Below are positions 58,536-64,000 of a stretch of DNA of 64,000 nucleotides, in pieces; the stretch's first letter is position 1; each line of letters opens with the position of its first letter. The position numbers and the translations under genes were made by a program. Location of the stretch: assembly GCF_006345805.1 (NCBI RefSeq), contig NC_043003.1, positions 104,780,001 to 104,844,000 on the forward strand, written 5' to 3'. The DNA is from Octopus sinensis (lineage: Eukaryota). The notes below the pieces were generated by a model, which was not told the DNA's origin, made no database searches, and was given only the letters and a program-made list of their open reading frames with translations.

Positions 58536-61500
58536 ATGAGTCTTCCCAACTTACCCACGTACTCTGTGGACATCACGCTTTGGTCCGTTCAGTTAGATGT
58601 GTATTTTTCAGCTAATGCGGTGCCTCACCAACAGCAGCTAAATCTCTTGTATTGTGGGATGCCTGCACCCCTTGCACGCTCAGTGAAAGATCTCATCACT
58701 GACTCCAGATGTAACATATGTGTCTGTCAAATATGAGGTTCTCCGTCGGAACACACAATTCGCAGACGGTATGCAGGATGAACACCTGGGAGATAGGACG
58801 CCTTCTGAGTTTCTTTGTCGTTTGCGTGAACTCAGTAGCACTCTGCTTGAGGACAATCCTCTGCTTGAGGACAATCCTCTGCTTAGGAAATTATTTTTTC
58901 TCTCGGCTACCACCGAATATCCAATCCATACTGGCCACAACAGACAAGATCATAGAATTCACTGTGCAGCCTGCACTTCACCATACCTGTTCGGTCACCT
59001 AAGTAGCTTCCTCTACTACCTACAAGGGGCTAAACACAGAGGGGACAAACAAGGACAGACAAACGGATTAAGTCCATTACATCAACCCCAGTGCGTAACT
59101 GGTACTTGTTTAATCGACCCCGAAAGGATGAACGGCAAAGTTGACCTCGGCGGAATTTGAACTCAGAACGTAATGACAGATGAAATACCGCTAAGCATTT
59201 CGCCCAGTGTGCTAACATTTCTGCCAGTTTGCCGCCTTCCTCTACTACCACAAAGTCTTCTCCCTGGTCACATGGACCCCGAAAGGATGAACGGCAAAGT
59301 TGACCTCGGCGGAATTTGAACTCAGAACGTAATGACAGATGAAATACCGCTAAGCATTTCGCCCAGTGTGCTAACATTTCTGCCAGTTTGCCGCCTTCCT
59401 CTACTACCACAAAGTCTTCTCCCTGGTCACATGAGGACATTTTGGAGAGAGTCAATGCATTAGTACATCGCATGGACACATTGTGGCAAGAACACACCAG
59501 CTTTCATCGTCCTCGCAGCAGAAGCCGTTCTAGGTCACGGTCGTCTTGTTCTATGCCAACGGTTTCCAATCTCTGCTGGTACCATGCCACATTCATGGAC
59601 AAAGCCTGTCGTTACATCTAGCCCTGTTCATTTGAGTTGTCAGGAACCTAGTTACGGAAGATTTGGGCACAGACTCTTCCTGAAATTTTTCATCTCATCG
59701 TGCATTCTTTGTTAAGGATGTGTGTAACAAATCGTTCATGGTTGACACTGGATCCAGCTGTTCTATTTGGCCTTTGCGTCTTACTTCAGACAAGCCTAAG
59801 CAATCTGCCATTAACCTGCTTGCGGTGAATCTATCCCCAATAAAAACTTACGGTTAGGTCTCTTTACACCTAGATCTCAACCTTCAAAGGGATTTTAGGT
59901 GGGTTTTTGTTATAGCAGATCTACCATATCCCATTCTGGGCGTAGACTTCTTAAACCACTTTCACTTATTAGTAGATGTCAGGCGACAGAGACTCGCGGA
60001 TGATTCTATGTCTTTGTTTATGCCTACTCGGGTTACTACAAGGGCTATTTTCAGCTCATCATTTTTTGTCTCCACTGCTGATGACCAGTTCCACTCCCTT
60101 TTGGCTTCTTTCCCAGAGCTGGTGGATCTGACTTTCAAATCAGTCAGTCACACACTCGAATCGCCATTATATCATTACTTCTAAACCACTTGTTTTTCGT
60201 GTCCACGGAGACTCGCACCTGACCAGCTCAAGAAGGCTCGGTCTAAGTTTGAGCATATGCTTCAACTCGGCCTTATTTGCCCTTCCCCCAGCCCTTGGGC
60301 ATCTCCTCTATATTTGGCATGGAAAGGGGATTCAGATTTTCGCCTGGTGGGGGATTACAGACATTTGAATGCAGTCACTGTTCCTGATCGCTATCCTATA
60401 AGGAATCTCCAAGATTTTCTTCAAACTTGCATGGTCATACTATTTTTTCCAAGGTTGACCTCATCCAAGCTTATCTGATTCCAATGAACACTGACAACAT
60501 TCCCAAAACTACCTTTACCACCCCCTTTGGAAGTTTCAAGTTCCTGTTTATGAGTTTCAGTTTGCAGAATGCAACAAGCACATACCAGAAGTTTATTGAC
60601 GGAGTTGTCTGTAGACTTGTCTTTGTGTTTGCTTACATTGATGATTTGCTCATAGCTAGCGACATGAGTGCAAATCACCTCCAACACTCATCTCAACTTT
60701 TTCAGCATCTTTGCACCTACAATGTGCAAATAACCCCGATAAGTGTGTTGTCATTTTCAGCATCAACTTGAGGGCCAAGATTTTGTGATTTATACTGATC
60801 ACAAGCCTCTTATGTTTGCTTTGTTGTCTAAATCAGACAAACACTCACCTTATGCTTTTTGTCACCTGGACTACATTTCCCAGTTCATGAGTGACATTTG
60901 ACATATACCTGGAACAGAGAACGTGCCTTCTGGATTTCCTAGGTCATTTTATTGACTCTAATGATATCCGACCTCTCTTCAAAATCGATGCAATTCAACG
61001 CATCTTGCCTCCCACTTCTTTATGCCAACTGCATCATTTCTTGGGGATCGTCAACTTCTACAGGAGATTTATACCTAAATATGCAGACAAGTTACTTCCC
61101 TTGACACAACTATTGAAAGCAAATAAAAAAATAAATTCTCGTATCACTTTATCTGCCGAGGCATTATCTTCTTTTGAGTCAATCAAGAAGGAAATAGCTT
61201 CTGGTCCTTTGCTTGCACATCCGGTTCCTGATGCTCGTCTCTCTTTAACAGTTGATGCATCGGATTCTGCAGTTGGTGCTGTTTTACAACATACTGTTGA
61301 TAATCAGGCTCAGCCTTTAGCATTTTTTCTCATCAATTAAAGCCAGCTGAACATCATTACAGTACGTTTGATCAGGAACTCTTAGCAATTTACCTGTCGG
61401 TTTGTCATTTTCAGCATCAACTTGAGGGCCAAGATTTTGTGATTTATACTGATTGCAAGCCTCTTATGTTTGCTTTGTTGTCTAAATCAGACAAACACTC

Positions 61501-63530
61501 ACCTTATGCTTTTTGTCACCTGGACTACATTTCCCAGTTCATGAGTGACACTCGACATATACCTGGAACAGAGAACGTGCCTTCTGTTCTCTTTCATCTC
61601 CTGCTGCAATCGATTTATCTGCCATTGCGCACATTTGATCTAACTTCTACCAAGTTGTCCTGTTGTAAGTTTGCCTATCTTCCACTTCCGTCTGCTGAAG
61701 GCACAATCCTTTGTGATACAGCTACTGGTTCTCCCAGACTGTTTGTACCTGAGAATCACCAGCATTCTGTTTTTGATGCCTTGCATTCACTGTCACATCC
61801 TGGCATCGCTGCCTCAGTGAAGCTTATTATGGCTCGGTTTTTCTGGCCTAATATGCACCGTATGATCACTGTTTGGGCATGCTCTTGTGTGAAATGCCAG
61901 TATTCATGTCCACAGGCACATTCTCGCTCCTCTTGGACAGTTTTCTCCACTGGAGACTTGCTTTCGCCATGTCCACATTGATCTGGTTGGGCCATGGCTT
62001 GTCAGTCGCGGTTTCTCTTACATATTGACATGCGTCAATCGTTTCTCTCATTGGCCAGAGGCCATTCCAATAGTGGACATTTTCACTGAGTCAGTTGCTC
62101 GAGCTTTCATTTCTAACTGGATTGCTCACTTTGGTGTCCCAGCTAAAATAACCACTGATTGTGGACGCCAGTTTGAAGCTTCCTTATTTCGTGAATTGTC
62201 ATGAATCCTAGGCATTCATTACATTCGTACGACCAGCTACCATCCAGCTTCCAACGGGATAGTCAAATGTTTTCACAGGCAACTGAAGGCTGCTCTACAT
62301 GCCACTCCTGATCCACAGTCTTGGACAGAATTTCTGCCTATTGTTCTTCTTGGTTGCCACACAGCTGTTAAAACAGATTAGGTTTCTCCTCTGCTGAATT
62401 CCTTTACGGTACCATTTTGGCTCTCCCTGGTACAATGTTGGTGCCAGACAACTCATCACCTTCTGATCCAACATCGTATGTTACCAGACTTCACTCTTAT
62501 TTCTCAAGTCTTCCACACATGCATCCGCATGACCAGTTTATTCCCTCTCACATCCCATTGGACATTGACAAATGGACTCATGTTTTTGTTTGGGATGATT
62601 CTGTCAAGGGACCTCTCGTTTCTCCTTATAAAGGACCATTTCATGTGCTATCCCACACATCCAAAACTTTTAATCTCGACATCAATGATCAAGCAGAGAC
62701 TGTGTTAGTCAACAGACTTAAAAGGGCACATTTTGAGGTGTTCACACTCATTGATGATCCTTTACAACCACCTACACACCCACCTGTACATGCACCTTTG
62801 ACCATACCATCACCTATACCTCTACCTTCATCGCCACAACTTAACACAAACAAACCCTATGTCACCAGGACAGGCCGCATTGTGCACTGGTCCCAAAAAC
62901 TCACCAGAACTATTTACATTTAACCTTTTTTCCTTTTTCTTTCTGTGACAGACAATTGTTTTCTCATGTGCTGAACAATTCCAATGCCTTGCCATTGAAC
63001 TTTGTAAAAATAAAAATATTTGTGCATGCTCCTTTTATATTGCTTGTAATTATTTCTCTCAACTTATCACATTTTGCATTATATTTTGTACCACAGCTTG
63101 TTTGCGATCGGTGGCCATCTTTGCTTTCTTGTGCCTGCTCCAGTCATTCTAATTTTGCACTAGCGTTCTCAGCGGGGAGCCCCTGTAGTATGACACAAGA
63201 AGCCAGCACCATTTTATACGAGACCTCACTAGCAGCCATTACCTATGTCCGAGACAAGAGCTAGATCTCACCGACAACCATGTTGCCATGCACAAGACCA
63301 CAGCGAGACTCTCATCGGTAACATCTATTTAAGCAGGTGTATTAAGGTATTCAGTCTCTCTTCTCTTTCTCACTTATACTGAGAAACTCTGCAAACTGGC
63401 AGCTCACAGCGGATTCTTATCCTGCTCTAACTTTACACGTGAGTGGAGCAATAACGAACTACATGCTGCCATACAGATGGTCACTGGAATGAACTACATG
63501 AATAAGAACTAAAATAAACAACCATTGAAT
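58536..63530 (+). mobile_element. Degenerate Ty3/Gypsy LTR retrotransposon, CsRn1-type (gag, protease, RT, RNase H, integrase, PPT 63171-63183, 3' LTR from 63184)
   Basis: gag LW..QL..YF, RSRSRS-CWYH (decayed CHCC motif); VDTGS..S; SPWASPL, RLVGDYR.LN, YIDDLLIAS; HSLSHPG; AGCGGGGAGCCCC|TGTAGT; 5' LTR not identified; LTR 3' boundary uncertain. Confidence 0.92.
59021..59236 (-). mobile_element. SINE inserted in the Gypsy gag
   Basis: 13-bp TSD TTCCTCTACTACC (59008-59020 and 59237-59249). Confidence 0.9.
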
Positions 63531-63534
63531 TGCG

Positions 63535-64000
63535 TGTGTATGTGAGAGGGTGTATGTGTGTGTGGATAGGGGCTGGTGACCTTGATGTATGCATGTGTAG
63601 GTGTGTGAATGATGGTGTAGGTGCTGGGAAGTGGTCAGTGCTAGTATGTGCAGGGTGGTGTGATGTGGTGTGTGGTGGTGTATGGTGTGATGTGGTGGTG
63701 TGTGGTGGGGTTAGGGTATGAAGGGAGGTGAGGGTGGAGGAAGCAAGGGTGAGGTGTGGGCTAGGGTGAAGGTGGGGGGTAGGAGTATGTGGGAGTGGAA
63801 TGTGTCGGATGGGGTGGTGAAGGGAGAGGGTGGAAGGGAGAAGGTGGGTAGGCGTAAATAGAGGAAGTAGGTGTCAGAGCAAGAGAGGAGAGAGGTGGAT
63901 GGGAGTGAAGGGAGGAAGTAGGCGTGAGAGGAAGAGAGGAGAGAGAAGGGGGGTTAGATGAAGAGGGAAGGAGAGTTGAGCTCATGTGGTGCAAAGGAGC
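63535..64000 (+). repeat. G/T-rich then G/A-rich low-complexity tract
   Basis: direct reading. Confidence 0.85.

Overview
AT-rich, microsatellite- and transposon-dense eukaryotic DNA. The SINE, RTE and CR1 families look like those of Octopus/coleoid cephalopods; this is my inference, not a database result. One complete host gene was reconstructed: an 8-exon peroxisomal 2,4-dienoyl-CoA reductase (DECR2) on the minus strand, CDS 33377->11497, 867 nt/288 aa, all GT-AG junctions in phase, ending in a PTS1 signal (-AKL). A probable first coding exon of an unidentified, divergently transcribed gene lies at 52152-52215 (+). The rest is mostly mobile DNA: RTE, CR1, Tx1 and R4/Dong LINEs, Penelope-like (GIY-YIG) remnants, tRNA-derived SINEs, mariner/Tc1, Helitrons, piggyBac- and Merlin-like MITEs, and a decayed CsRn1-type Gypsy. 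Most interesting: (1) a set of type-I hammerhead-ribozyme motifs, including one with a complete core in the sense strand of DECR2 intron 4 and one at the centre of a perfect 237-bp palindrome; (2) a young, structurally complete non-coding LTR element (595-bp LTRs, tRNA-Trp PBS, PPT, TSD) next to a decayed Gypsy of the matching type; (3) a modular foldback family with GGATC termini and 8-bp TSDs (8 copies) that carries CCAAT/CRE-like motifs and telomere-like repeats and is associated with an inverted duplication. Host exon and TSD coordinates were counted by hand; many TE boundaries are approximate. No database search or folding program was run.
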